NCBI GenBank assembly: GCA_964016885.1
Contig: OZ024742.1
Span: forward strand, 296,484,001-296,548,000
From: Eledone cirrhosa
Taxonomy: Eukaryota
Direction of reading: 5' to 3'
DNA length: 64,000 nucleotides
The translations under genes were made by a program, and so were the position numbers. Positions 63,551 through 64,000 of the stretch are shown piece by piece; position 1 is the stretch's first letter, and each line of letters starts with the position of its first letter. The notes below the pieces were generated by a model. It had not been told where the DNA came from. It saw only the letters and a list, made by a program, of their open reading frames with translations, and ran no database searches.

Positions 63551-64000
63551 TGTGTATGTTGACATATGTACTTTCCTGCAGTATCTGTTAACCCTGTCCT
63601 ATATATGTACAGATATATATTTCTTCTATATATGTAATATTACAGGAATAGTGTATTTATTTATTAATTTTTATTAGTTCATTAACTCTTAACATTCTGT
63701 TTGTTAATTCAAAATATTAATAGTGCAATGTGATTCAATCAATTTTGCTAAAATTAATGTAGCATATTCATTGAGGTTAATTTGTTACAAAATATTTACA
63801 CACAGGTGCACTCTATATAACAGAAAAATGTTAGAAATAAATTGGATGCAATTAGTAACAAATCTTATCGCAAATATTTTCAAAAGTATTCTTATGTCTT
63901 GCATGTCTTACACCTGGCTAAAATAGGATTCCTCCAAAGGGTCTTTGGAGTAATGTTACTTGATAAAGTGTGTAACTTGGAGATCAGAGCCACTAGTTAT

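Overview
AT-rich, microsatellite-dense metazoan DNA. The SINE/LINE repertoire suggests a coleoid cephalopod such as octopus (inference, no search run). I recognise no intact host protein-coding gene: the window looks like a large intron or intergenic region, and most ORF-track entries are translations of microsatellites or repeats. It is dominated by mobile elements. These include a near-complete Penelope-like retroelement (Naiad-like; RT plus GIY-YIG, two frameshifts, inverted and direct pseudo-LTRs, 13-bp TSD) at 56241-60514 and a second PLE fragment at 16655-17591. There is also a 5'-truncated RTE-type LINE with a PHD finger inside its RT region, a Ty3/gypsy integrase with its 3' LTR, and an older gypsy relic. 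DNA elements are hAT (Charlie/Buster-like) and Tc1/mariner relics, two Helitrons and several MITEs. Many tRNA-derived CORE-type and Meta-type SINEs are scattered throughout. The most notable signal is six minimal type I hammerhead ribozyme motifs from four unrelated sequence families, four of them with intact cores. They include a ~320-bp tandem, non-coding, retrozyme-like unit and an inverted pair of pLTR-like elements, all in or near (TA)n tracts. Other oddities are a palindromic element with two convergent tRNA-like promoters, SINE-derived fold-back hairpins, and a 246-bp templated copy of a locus 19 kb away.
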